Assembly: GCA_046563655.1 (NCBI GenBank)
Contig: CM102284.1
Span: 6,944,001 to 7,008,000, forward strand
Reading direction: 5' to 3'
DNA length: 64,000 bases
DNA from: Yuukianura sp. NJ FZ-2021
Lineage: Eukaryota
The notes below the pieces were generated by a model that worked only from the letters and a program-made list of their open reading frames with translations, made no database searches and was not told where the DNA came from. Numbering within the stretch: the stretch's first letter is position 1; each line of letters begins with the position of its first letter. This document shows positions 41,823-54,081 of the stretch, one piece after another. Position numbers and translations under genes: made by a program.

Positions 41823-44159
41823 TATGGTGGCCCCAGAGTGCCAATGCTGTTTTTCTCATTTTGTAATAGAAAAAGCAATTTCAAATGCATTTTCAATTGT
41901 ATTTCGTTTTCAAAAGCATTTTCAAATGCATTTTCAATTGTATTTCGTTTTCAAAAGCATTTTCAAATGCATTTTCAATTGCATTTCGTTTTCAAAAGCA
42001 TTTTCAAATGCATTTTCAATTGCATTTTGTTTTCAAAAGCATTTTCAATTGCATTTCAATTTCAAAAGCATTTTCAATTGCATTTCAATTTCAATTTGAA
42101 AATGAAAATGCACTTGGCCCTTCTGGGCTCCTAATTCAAATTCAATTTGAAAATGAAAATGCATTTGGCCCTTCTGGGCTCCTTATTCAAAAAGTGCGCA
42201 CTTTCATGTCAGGTGACTTTGTTATATGCGAAAGTGGAAAAGTCCTGAGTTCCTATACACATCACTGGTGCCAACTCACAAATGGGCAAAAATAAATCTC
42301 AAATTGACGGATATTTTTACTTTTATGTACTTTTGTTTAATTAATTATTTATTAATTACTAATTATTTGTGTAGATTATTTTGCTAAAAAACTACACATC
42401 CTTTACGTTACACCAGCTGATCAGTAACTTGGCCGGCTCGCAAACTCTGCTTGATGGAGTAAACGATGGATATGGTGTTGATTTTACCAATTTATTAGTA
42501 TCTTTGCCAATTTAATTATTTTAATCTAATTAAACAGAACTTAGAAAACTTAACCTATGTTTCTGTTGAATGTTTGACTGCAGTCTTATGCCACACATAC
42601 TTATGGGGAAGCAGAAAAGACAGAATAATCGATGGCCAAGAGCTAGACGCTATCGTCGCGCTCCCTATCACCACCCACTACTTACGAATCCGACTTGTCG
42701 GAAAGCTAGAAATTATATGAGATACTTTTAACACTTTAACCGATAAACTCCTAAAGTCTCATCAAAATCTGAGCTTTCGTTTTCTTACAAACTAACAAAA
42801 TGTAATTGACAAAAAAAAACAGTCCGTTATCATACAATAACTTTACGTTCCCATCCTGCAAAACCGAAAGGTCAGATTTTGATGAGACTTTGAAGGGGTA
42901 TTGGAGTTCGCATGTAGTAGGTGATAGGGAGCACGAAGATAGCTTCTGACCTTAGGCTTTTCTTTGTTTATCACTGTTTTCCGATTTTTGTCAGGAACCT
43001 CATCTGCGGCGAAGCTAGAAATTTCTGCGAAGATTTTAAACACAATAAACAATACCCCTTCAAAGTCTCATCAAAATCTGACCTTTCGGTTTTGCAGGAT
43101 GGGAACGTAAAGTTATTGTATGATAACGGACTGTTTTTTTTTGTCAATTACATTTTGTTAGTTTGTAAGAAAACGAAAGCTCAGATTTTGATGAGACTTT
43201 AGGAGTTTATCGGTTAAAGTGTTAAAAGTATCTCATATAATTTCTAGCTTTCCGACAAGTCGGATTCGTAAGTAGTGGGTGGTGATAGGGAGCGCGACGA
43301 TAGCGTCTAGCTCTTGGCCATCGATTATTCTGTCTTTTCTGCTTCCCCATAAGTATGTGTGGCATAAGACTGCAGTCAAACATTCAACAGAAACATAGGT
43401 TAAGTTTTCTAAGTTCTGTTTAATTAGATTAAAATAATTAAATTGGCAAAGATACTAATAAATTGGTAAAATCAACACCATATCCATCGTTTACTCCATC
43501 AAGCAGAGTTTGCGAGCCGGCCAAGTTACTGATCAGCTGGTGTAACGTAAAGGATGTGTAGTTTTTTAGCAAAATAATCTACACAAATAATTAGTAATTA
43601 ATAAATAATTAATTAAACAAAAGTACATAAAAGTAAAAATATCCGTCAATTTGAGATTTATTTTTGCCCATTTGTGAGTTGGCACCAGTGATGTGTATAG
43701 GAACTCAGGACTTTTCCACTTTCGCATATAACAAAGTCACCTGACATGAAAGTGCGCACTTTTTGAATAAGGAGCCCAGAAGGGCCAAATGCATTTTCAT
43801 TTTCAAATTGAATTTGAATTAGGAGCCCAGAAGGGCCAAGTGCATTTTCATTTTCAAATTGAAATTGAAATGCAATTGAAAATGCTTTTGAAATTGAAAT
43901 GCAATTGAAAATGCTTTTGAAATTGAAATGCAAATGAAAATGCTTTTGAAAACAAAATGCAAATGAAAATGCTTTTGAAAACAAAATGCAATTGAAAATG
44001 CATTTGAAAATGCTTTTGAAAATGCTTTTGAAAACGAAATACAATTGAAAATGCATTTGAAAATGCTTTTGAAAACGAAATACAATTGAAAATGCATTTG
44101 AAAATGCTTTTTGAATTACAAAATGAGAAAAACAGCATTGGCACTCTGGGGCCACCATA
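41823..44159. mobile_element. Non-autonomous foldback DNA transposon, 2337 bp, with IS3EU-type termini. Arms 41823-42903 and 43050-44159, spacer 146 bp
   Basis: Ends TATGGTGGCCCCAGAGTGCC...GGCACTCTGGGGCCACCATA flanked by the 6-bp direct repeat GACGAG (41817-41822, 44160-44165); subterminal (catttt/caaaag/caattg) tandem arrays; arms are reverse complements of each other. Confidence 0.85.
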
Positions 44160-44304
44160 GACGAGTAATATATTCAATATTTGACTAACGTAACACAATT
44201 ATTTTCAATTTCTTTAACCAATGACGTACGTTATTCTCTGTGGGTAAAATTTAAAGTGCCAGGTAAACTCAGAGCTATTGAGAGAAATAGGGAGTAATTA
44301 ACGG

Positions 44305-44470
44305 TTGGGATTGGGAGTTCGGCAAAGTGAAAGATTGAGATTGGATTGCTGGTTTGCGCGAAAAGATCGGGATTGCAAAGATTGGATTGATGGCTTTTCC
44401 GAAAAGATCGGGATTGCAAAGATTGGATTGCTGGGTTTTTCAAAAAGATCGGGATTGAAGGATTGGGATC
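44305..44470. repeat. Second copy of the GGGATTG-rich repeat, ~41-bp period
   Basis: gggattgcaaagattggattg at 44369 and 44410, with a degenerate third unit at 44451. Confidence 0.6.
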
Positions 44471-44891
44471 GCTAGGAGAAGTGCCGAAGTCTGGTGGGAA
44501 GACGAAGTTTTTTTTATCACATCGACGGACATCAATGGTTGTAATAGGTACTAACAAGCAAAGAAGCTAAACTTTGTGACCTGTGTGTGTACGATCGCCT
44601 GACAGTTCCAGTGGAGTAGTAAGATAACGTGGGTAACAATACCAGCGCTTATTATTTACATATTGTGCTAAGCAAAAAGCAGAAATTGAATTTAGACTAT
44701 CTAGCATAATGCATTACTGCGAGTTTTGGTTAGGTCAACCTCAAATTCAAGGTTAATTGCGAATTTTGATTCTTTTGTTTACAGAAGTTGCAATTCACTT
44801 AGAAATCAGTTGTTATCTGTCACCAGTCACACCGGTCTTCTTGCTAATCCTACCTAACGTGAAAATCCTGTTCTGCAGCTAAATTATAACA

Positions 44892-46848
44892 ATGCTCTTC
44901 CAGAACACTGGGTAACCTATGCATTCATAATCTGTAGTATTTAGTTGGCGAATTTCTTTTTCCAAAGTTTGTGGAGTCAAGGTCAACCAAGAATTTTCAA
45001 CTTTTTCAGGAAACTTGCCGGACGAACCGTTTTTATCAGCGGTGCAAGTCGTGGAATTGGACGAGACATAGCGCTGAAACTTGCCAAAGATAAGGCAAAC
45101 ATTATTATCGCTGCAAAGACTGCCGAACCTCATCCGAAGCTCGCTGGGACCATCTACACTGTCGCAAAAGAGAGTAAGGGCAGAATCTCACTCGACCTTA
45201 TTCAAAATTGGAGTCTTTCGAAGATTTAGTTTTTTTTTTTATTTAACGATAATTACTTTTTTATGTAGTTGAAGAAGCTGGTGGAAAGGCCCTGCCATGT
45301 GTCGTTGATATTCGAGATGAAAAGCAAGTCCTTGACGCAGTTCAAAAAGGAGTTGATACCTTCGGTGGCCTTGACATTTGCATTAACAATGCTAGTGCCA
45401 TTAGCCTTACGAAAACTGAAGCAACGGACATGAAAAAATACGACTTGATGCATTCAATCAACGGGCGCGGTACTTTTCTTGTGTGAGTGACAGACGATAA
45501 CACTTTTAAAAATCGGATCCAGAATGAATTTGATTCTCAATTACTTTCTAGGTCAAAAGCATGTATTCCGTTCTTGAGGAAAGGTCAAAATCCGCACATC
45601 CTCAACATCAGTCCACCGCTGAACCTCAACCCCAAGTGGTTCCAGAATCACGTGGCCTACAGTAAGAGACTTGCTGAAGAATAAGTTAATTCCAATTGAT
45701 ATAAACAATTAATCACCTTCTGATTCTTAGCAATCGCCAAATACAACATGAGTTTATTTGCCCTCGGAATGGCAGAAGAATTCCGTGGAGAGATTGCCGT
45801 CAATTGTCTTTGGCCAAGAACTGCAATTTACACGGCTGCAATGGAAATGATCGGAGGGGGAAAAGACATTGCTTCGAAGTGTCGGCGACCTGAAATAATG
45901 TCGGATTCTGCATACGCCATCTTATGTCGGGATCACATGAAACACACTGGATACTTTCATATAGTAAGTCGATAGTGGATAGTACACTACAAAGAAATTA
46001 AGCAGAGCTATGCTAATCTTTTTGCTTCTGTTGGCAGGATGAGGATGTACTTAGGAACGAGGGAATATCAGATTTTACGCCGTACAAATACAATAAAGGT
46101 TAGTTAAACTTGATTAGTCAAAGGATATTAGTAGTTAAGGAACTTATGCCAATTACAGAAATGACTCATGAACGTGATTGTAATTTCGATTTTTCCTTTC
46201 AGGAGATGAACCAATGGTTGACTTCTTTTTGGATGAAAATCAAAGAAGTGTCCAGAGTTCGCAGTACGTCATTCTTGACTCTCCGGGAAGTAAGCCACCA
46301 TCGCCTGCTTCTGCTCCAGCACCTTCAGCAGCTCCAGCATCCGGAGCTGCTCCGGCTGCTACTGGCGGAAGTGGCGAAGTGTCCAAGATTTTCGAATCTT
46401 TGAAAAGTGCTCTTAACGACGAGGTGGTGAAAAGTACAAATGCCGTTTTTCAGTTTGAAGTGAAAGGTAACCCATCAATTATGTATCATAATATTTCACT
46501 TACGCTAACGAAACTGATATCTTCGTCTTCTCGTTTTTCAGCGCCTGACGCAACTTCGAATACTTGGCACTTGGACCTGAAGAATCTTCCTGGAGCAGTG
46601 GGTTCTGGTGAAGCCAAGTCTAAACCCGACGTTACCCTGATCATGAATGAAGCTGACTTTGTCAAGGTGTTTAGTGGCAAGATGAGTCCAGCAAGTGCTT
46701 ATATGACTGGAAAGCTCAAGATGAAGGGAGACATCACAAAGGTTGGTCACTTTAGCCAAATATATCTCTCCAATCAAAATTAATAATTGCTTGAACTTTC
46801 TAGGCCATGACACTAGAGAAGCTTATGGGAAAGCTCAAGTCCAAATAG
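44892..46848 (+). CDS. HSDL2: Hydroxysteroid dehydrogenase-like protein 2 (SDR + SCP2), 436 aa. Exons 44892-44911, 45010-45173, 45269-45482, 45552-45661, 45731-45963, 46038-46098, 46203-46466, 46542-46741, 46804-46848
   Basis: SGASRGIG, AAKTAEPHPKL, NNASAI, NPHILNISPPLNL, catalytic YTIAK, LWPRTAI; C-terminal SCP2 domain AYMTGKLKMKGD. Confidence 0.95.
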
Positions 46849-47375
46849 ACACACCAATTAACTCAGAATCACAATTTACTCTCCTAAATACTTGTAAAAA
46901 ATGAAATGTTTCTGTGAGGTGGAAGTGGAAGTATCAAGGTATGTAAATAAATAAAAACTTTTTAATATCCAGTAAATATAATATACTAAGGATTGTCAAT
47001 TTTGTCTTACAAAAATCGTTTGTAAAATCATTTACTGGTTAATTTAGATTGTCTAATGCGCTTCTGATAAGCTTCCGTTAATGTCAGGTTCAGAAACTAT
47101 ATGGATAAAAAAAAGATGAAAATTATTCAACACAGCAATAAACATTGTAATTGGAACGAACAAAAATGATAGACGTAGACTTACGATGACAGTGACTAAA
47201 GACTTGTTGGGAGTAAAAATCGATTGCACATTCTGGAAGTTTCGGATCAGCAAAATCAAAAATCACTAAAAATCAAAAACGCGATTAACTAATAAGTAAA
47301 GTTAAGATTTAACATAACTGCCAAGCAATGAACCATATTCGAGGTTAAACCTTACCTCACCCTTGTCATCTACAG

Positions 47376-48042
47376 CTATGTCGAGAAACTCTCTCCGCAG
47401 CCACAAGTTCCCTTGATGTTGGGATTATTGAAAACGAATTCAGCCGAAAGTTTTGTCTCCATGAAGTCCATCTCTGTACCAAGTAACGTTAGTTGAGCCT
47501 TTTGGTCTATGAGGACATGGACACCTAGAAGTTGAACAAAAGATTATAACGTTTTGAAATCGAAATGAACAAAAATGAACTACTTGCCATCTTGCACTAC
47601 TTCTTCGTCTTTGGGTGTTTTCTCTTTGGCGTAATCCAGAGTGTAGCTCATTCCGTTACAACCTCTTGTTCGAACACCAACTTTGAGGCCGATCTAAAAC
47701 GATAAGTCAAAGTTTAAGATCGTAAAAATAAACGTTAGATTTCAATCTTAAGTTTGAACAGTTGATATTCTTGCTTTTACATAATCTGGCTTTCCTTCCA
47801 GCAATTCTCTGATTCGTTTTACCGCGGCCGGTGTCTAAAAGGACAAAAATGATTAATGATTAATTAAAGTTACATTCCAGTGTTACAGTGCGCTTTTCAG
47901 TTCTGTCTTGTTACTAACTTACTAAGGTAAGAGCAGCTCTTGTAGGAATTAACCTATCTCGTTTCACTGCTCGAACAGTGGCTGTAGCGACGGGTTTACT
48001 TCCTTCTGACATCAACCTCTTGAACAGCAAGTTAGCGAACAT
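47376..48042 (-). CDS. ISCA1: Iron-sulfur cluster assembly 1 homolog, mitochondrial, 142 aa. Exons 48042-47923, 47834-47781, 47693-47588, 47524-47376
   Basis: PTRAALTLTPAAV, GVRTRGCNGMSYTLDY, FNNPNIKGTCGCGESF; third intron is GC-AG. Confidence 0.95.
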
Positions 48043-48700
48043 TTTCACGTAGCAGGTCGTAGAAGTAAATCAGTTACGCTCCTCACAAGCAACGTCAAAC
48101 GTCTGGAAACAATAGAAAAAACATAACGTTCACAGGTTCTAAAAACTAAAGAAAATGTGGACGGCTTGTCTACTAACCTTTAGAAACTAACAAGATCTTG
48201 AAACTCCACTGTCCACCATGGCAGAAACGTTCAGTTTGTCATGTCCATCCACTAATGATTCTTCTGGTTCGGGTCAACTGGGAGACTGAATTCGAAGAGG
48301 ATGGCAGAGATACGATCGCCACGACACACTGCAACTGCCAACTGAAAATATAAAGTGAAAATGGTCAACATTAGCTAATTATCAATGCTAAATTTGCTTA
48401 ATTTACTTAATTTAGTGAATCCCCTTTAACAGATCAGCTGAGAGTTATGATAATGACCGGGTTTGTTTGTCACGTGGAGTCCACGGCATACCACTACCAC
48501 CGTCCCGTTACCAGATAAAGTGCTATAGTCCCCCTTTACTACTATTAACATGACATGCCATCTTAGCATAGCCTATGTCTACAAGAGGGACCAAACGGGG
48601 ATGCGGTGCGCAGAAGGAAGTGGGTTCCTTGGTGTGTCGTTTGTTGAATCTCTTTCTCTGAACAGAGTTTCTGTGTGACCGAGTATTTCTGAGCGAGAGG

Positions 48701-50859
48701 ATGTTTCAGTCTGGGGTTCTCCCTTGCTCGAGTAGGAGACGAGGAGTCAGTTCATGTTCAACAGTCGCAGGAGACGGAGGACCCGCATGGACGTCCCCAA
48801 CAATATTCAATTACCTCCTTACCACGATTAGTAATCAAGTCAAGAGGCTGGCCAGGTCACTGGCGGTCACTGGGCCTGGACTAGGATCGTCGCGACCCCA
48901 AGACCCCATGCAGCACTCCTCGCCTCTACTCCTTCCCTCAAGGTCCAACTCCAACTCACAACAACAACAACATGATGACACAAGTAATCAGAATAATGTA
49001 AGACAATTTACCTTAAAGGTCAAGTTCTTTTTTCCAGCTTAATAAATGTTCCGTTTTTTCTGTATAGTTTTTCAACTAAAGTTGTTCCTCTCTCTGTCCT
49101 CGCTTATTAGCTAGATCTCTTGTATACCGTAGTATGTCTAAGCAGCACTTACTTTAGCCCCGTCTCTCTCTCTTGTCAGACCCAAACTACTCCTCCACCT
49201 CCCCTTCTTCGTCTGACTGCGACGAAGTCAACTGCACAGGCTCAATTGAACTCTTGTCATACTAAATAGTTCGGGAGTAGCGAACGAACGGTAGATTTAT
49301 ACCGAACCCCTCTAGGATCTTCTGGAAGGGCAAAATGACAGGATGGACATTGAACTGGGATAATCAATTAGGTTTAGAATGGATTTAGCTGGAACAGCAG
49401 CTTACTACTTACAATTTTTAGTAGTGAGCTGCTTGAATGGGCCTAAGCACTTAGTTTTAATAATGTTTCTTATTAAGTAGTTATTCTTTTTAATATCGTA
49501 AACTGCCTTTCTCTTTTGTTTTGAAAGACTTACGAATACCAAGGTTTGCAAGTTGTGCTAAAAAGCGATAAAATGCGCAACGAGAATGATGTGATGACAC
49601 TACTTAATGACTGTTCCTTGAATTGTAATGGTAGGCTCAAGAGAAACGATATGCTGGAAGGAAGCGGAAGAAGAAACTTACGACGCTGCAGGATAAGGTG
49701 GCTGATGGTGAGAAAACTTAAATCAAGTATTGCATGAATGAAACTGGAGGATTTTGAGTGACCGTGGTTTCCATTTTTGTGATTTACAGCTACACGACTA
49801 CTCAAGGAACAGATTGCAAAGGCTAATATCATTACATCACAGTCACACGGTCCGTCCGCCTTCTCTCGACATGAGGATCAACAAAGTCCGGCAGAGTCGA
49901 CCTCATCTGGAAGTCGCGGAGAGCGACGTCCGCCATCACCTTTTTCCCCGACGACGACATATGATGTGACTAATTACAATGAGACTGATTCCAATAGTTA
50001 TGCCACCTCCACTTCCTTGTTCACAAGTTCAGAGTCAAACGATCATCACCTTCTCCAGCATCATCATCATCTTCAGCATGAAACGAGACTACCACCTTCA
50101 CCGTCCATTGAGGTCATGGACATCTCGTCACCTCCGACTACCGGTGTCACAGAGTTCTCCTCTTCCCCTGCCTCGACTGCCGTCACAGACTACTCGTCTC
50201 CTCTGATTGGTGTGGGATACTCATCTCCACCGCTGGAAGCTATGGGTTACTACTCACCACCTCCACTGGGGCCGATGGACACTTCTTCACCGCAACCTGA
50301 CATGGACATGGACGACGACGATGGTACGACTTCAGCTATGATAGACTACCACAACCACTCGCCTCCTCCACCTCCACTCGAGGAACCGTTGTCCCACTTC
50401 TACCATCCTCCGGTGCATCCCGTTCCGTCTCAGCCTCATTTCACTAACGTAATAACCGAAAAGAACAAAATTGACTGGGGAAGTGACTCTGAAGACGAGG
50501 AAGACGAAGATGACGACCGACCCACTCCTGTGACGTCGTCCGAACGTTTTCCAGAATCGGTTCAACTGCCTTCTAGTAGAATCCCCGAGGAGAGGCCGAA
50601 GAGTCAAGGCGGAAGTCCTGGACTCATCCCGTCCTCGGCCGAGGATGACGAAGCTCAAGACCTGCCAGAGGAGGAACCAGTCGTCCCGAGAACAATATCC
50701 GAGTCCGAGGTGGACAGACTCCATAGCGACAAACTTGAAAGCTTAAATGGTAACTATGATTCCTCAGGCTCATTCCGTGAATGGCATGAGACGCTAAGGG
50801 TGCAGACGTACGGGGGTGAAGAACTTCTCATCTTGCCTTATACTGTCATTGATTTTTAA
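48701..50859 (+). CDS. Uncharacterised acidic, Pro/Ser-rich protein; 5' exon structure uncertain. Exons 49635-49707 and 49790-50859 are supported
   Basis: The frame is open from acceptor 49790 to TAA 50859. The preceding exon gives AQEKRYAGRKRKKKLTTLQDKVAD (NLS-like). A donor lies at 48998. The start could be 48701 or about 48972. Confidence 0.65.
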
Positions 50860-51875
50860 TAAGAATTAAATATAATAGCAACATTTCAAACTGAATTGGA
50901 GAGTATCTACACTCCCGACTACACAACACACGAATAACTAAAATAATTACTTAAAAATAATGATTAATTCTTACTCTATTTTACGACGACGATTCAAGGG
51001 AATTATTAATTCAAGTACCAAAGCGGAAGCAAAATACCAGAAAAACGTAAAAAATAAAAAGCAAAATAAGATGAAAACGGATGACTTTAAGTTGAACTCG
51101 GTTATTTCAGAAGGTGTTAGATTAATGCTTAGGCTAATTGTATTTAGATTAGGTTTTAAATGGGGATTTAAGCTCTGAGTTTTAATTAGTTCTGATGTCA
51201 AACTAATTAAAAATGTTTTATACTAAAGAATTCACTAATGTTGACATTTTCATCTGGCTCAAAGTTGTGCTTCGAGGCAGAGTAAAACTTAAGTTTTAAA
51301 AATTTTGTTCCGCGGGAAATTTGAATTTTCAAAATCGTCTCCCGCCGACTGATAATTCGGAGAAAAAAAATCTGAAATAAACAAAGGAGGCAAGGACAAA
51401 AAGCGGGAGGGAAAATTGTTAGCAACTTTTTTGAGTACCTAATCAATCAGCGGTGTTAATTTGCTAAATTACTTAATTGAATTTAGCAGAATCGGACATC
51501 GGAGTGTGGACAACTTCAACTGGTGTCAAAGGTAACATTACTACTTCTGCCAGCGACTTTCTAACACGTTGAATCAAATACCGTCCCTATTAGAACCTTG
51601 CTTGAACCCAGAGAAAGTTAGTCAAAATCGGGGACTACTTTCGTCTATTGTGGTTCGTGAAGAGTTATTTCCAGCATTCATCATCAATTTGGTATTTTGA
51701 CACGCGTTAACGCCGTCCTCTCCATCACTCTTGCCTAGCAGTCAGCCGCCGTCAGTTGTCCTCGTCGTTTCCTTACTTGTCCAGTCAGTATCGCTTTGGT
51801 AGCCAAATTGGCAAGTCAATAGCTGTTCGCTGTGCTACCGTTGGAGTCTGGAGTCAATTTGGTATTTCTTACAAA

Positions 51876-52722
51876 ATGGCGAAGGTGCACGTGTCAAATG
51901 TCGTCGTTCTCAGCAATCCAGCTACGTTCTTTGAACCGTTTCAATTTGAAATAACATTCGAGTGCATAGAAGAACTAAAAGAAGGTAAACTATACAAATT
52001 TTTAATTGGGATGATCGGTTTATTTTGTTAATTTGATTGCATGATTACTTTGCAGATTTAGAATGGAAGATCATCTATGTAGGATCTGCGGAGAGTGAAG
52101 CATATGACCAAACATTGGACTCCGTTTTTGTGGGTCCTGTTCCCGAGGGCAGACATATGTTTGTCTTTCAGGTTCGTCATCAGTTATCGATGGTGTATTT
52201 GCTGGTGGCTTGATTCAAAACGTTTTGATAACGTTGACTTCTTGTTTTATTATAAATTAGGCTGATCCGCCAGATGTAAGCAAGATCCCAGAAGCTGATG
52301 CTGTCGGAGTGACCGTAGTACTGTTGACATGCTCTTACCGTGGCAAAGAATTCGTTCGTGTGGGATACTACGTTAACAATGAGTATTCAGATCCAGAGAT
52401 GCGGGAAACTCCTCCTGCTACTCCGATTTATGAGAAAGTTGGTTTGAGGATTTACGTTACTCAAATGCTATCTTTTTGAATACAGATTTCATCATCATTT
52501 TATATTTTTCAGTTGATCCGTAACATTTTGGCTACTCAGCCCCGTGTTACTCGCTTTAAAATTGAATGGGACGACGAGCCGCAACAGGAACCGATTGAAG
52601 CCGAAGATGATTCAAGCCCTACCAAGAAAGATGCACCTGAAATGGACGTCTTGTCCAGTAATGGAGGCGGTATTGCGGCTGCTTTAGAGGAAGAATTTGC
52701 AGCTATGGATGTGGAGGTATGA
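51876..52722 (+). CDS. asf1: Histone chaperone Asf1, 203 aa. Exons 51876-51984, 52056-52171, 52261-52437, 52513-52722
   Basis: [101 protein letters not shown]. Confidence 0.97.
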
Positions 52723-54081
52723 ATCTTCGGATTGATCACACGATTTTCAATTTTAGGTCATGAAAGAAAAAGCATTGCAGAACGCACGCAGCATTTTGTA
52801 AATTACAGGATCGGTAAAGAGGTCTCGGCTTGGATTTATTAACTTAAACTTTAATTCAAATACAGTTAATTCAATACACTTTATTAGAGAGATATTACAA
52901 ATAATTATTTCGTATTATTAATTAAAGTTAAACTTCAGTAATTAGCTATTCGAAAAACTGATTTGCAAGGTCCAGTTGCGCTCAATCAAACTTTTACGCT
53001 CTAAGTCCGCGGTTAGCTCTTGCGTTGCATTCAAAAACAATTTGTTTTTCCGATGCATTTTGCATAGGGAGAAAGTTCGAGTAAAATGGTCCACTTTGAC
53101 CCTCATAGAAGCCATTTAAAATTCTTTAAAAATAATCCCCGAATTGTTGACCTTTTTATGAATTAGTATTGACCTGACCTTTGACCTTTTTCTAGAACTT
53201 TTCCTATTCAAAAATCGTTTAAAAATGTACTATTTTGGCCATGTAAAACATGATGGCTGAGAAGTATGAGGGGTTGGATCTATGGTGGGTGAGGGGGAGG
53301 AGGAGAGGAGCCATTCAACACATCTCGACATCTCCCTCCCTCTCGCTAGTACTACTCGCCTCCATTGTAATTCCTTCATTGGGGCAACGGCAGACAACCA
53401 CCGGTCAATACTTGTGCCATTAACCTTTGACATCACTGTCATCACCACCCAACATCACAACAATTATCACGGTAAGGTGTTTAACTAATTGTCATTAACA
53501 TAACTTACGTAATAACGTTAGTTAAAGTTGTAAAAATTGAGGTAAAGTTGACACGAAGAGATCTCCGTTTCCCTCTCTTCTTCTCCCTCCATTTCCCCCT
53601 CACTCCCTCCCCATTTCCCCCTTCATAACAACACAGTAGGGAGACTATCTCCACTTACTTGGTACTCATCTCAGTCTACCCAACTACTTGCCTTGGTGTC
53701 AACAACTTCAATTGCAAGTCAATTAAAGTTAAGAACTGCAGACTGACCTCAGTGACCTCTGCGTACAACTAGTCTGGAGAGTAAGACGGATTGAAAGGGT
53801 GACATTTTACGGGACTTTAACACGGTAACAGTTGTTTTTGTTTATACTTTTGAGTTTCAAAACAGAAGTTCCATAAGAGTAGAAATCTCGCGCCAACAGA
53901 ATAGGTGGGAACTTGGTAAGCTTGGACAGAAGGGAACTTTTAATGTTAGTAAATGTTAATGTAATTGACTTCTTGGCGCAGATAACATTAGGGTCATTCA
54001 ACTTTTCGATCAACATGAAACTAAATAATCGTTTTTTTGACGTTTCAGAGTCAACGGAGAGGCTAACCACTCAGATCCAAC

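Noticed and set aside
41815-44198. ORFs of 92-166 aa in the palindrome arms (FQKHFQMHFQL...)
   Set aside because: They are translations of stop-poor tandem DNA repeats, open in all three frames and mirrored on both arms; no transposase motifs.
52717-52756. Possible extra Asf1 intron (GTATGA...TTTTAG) changing the C-terminus
   Set aside because: It would be 40 nt, shorter than other introns here; not supportable without RNA data.
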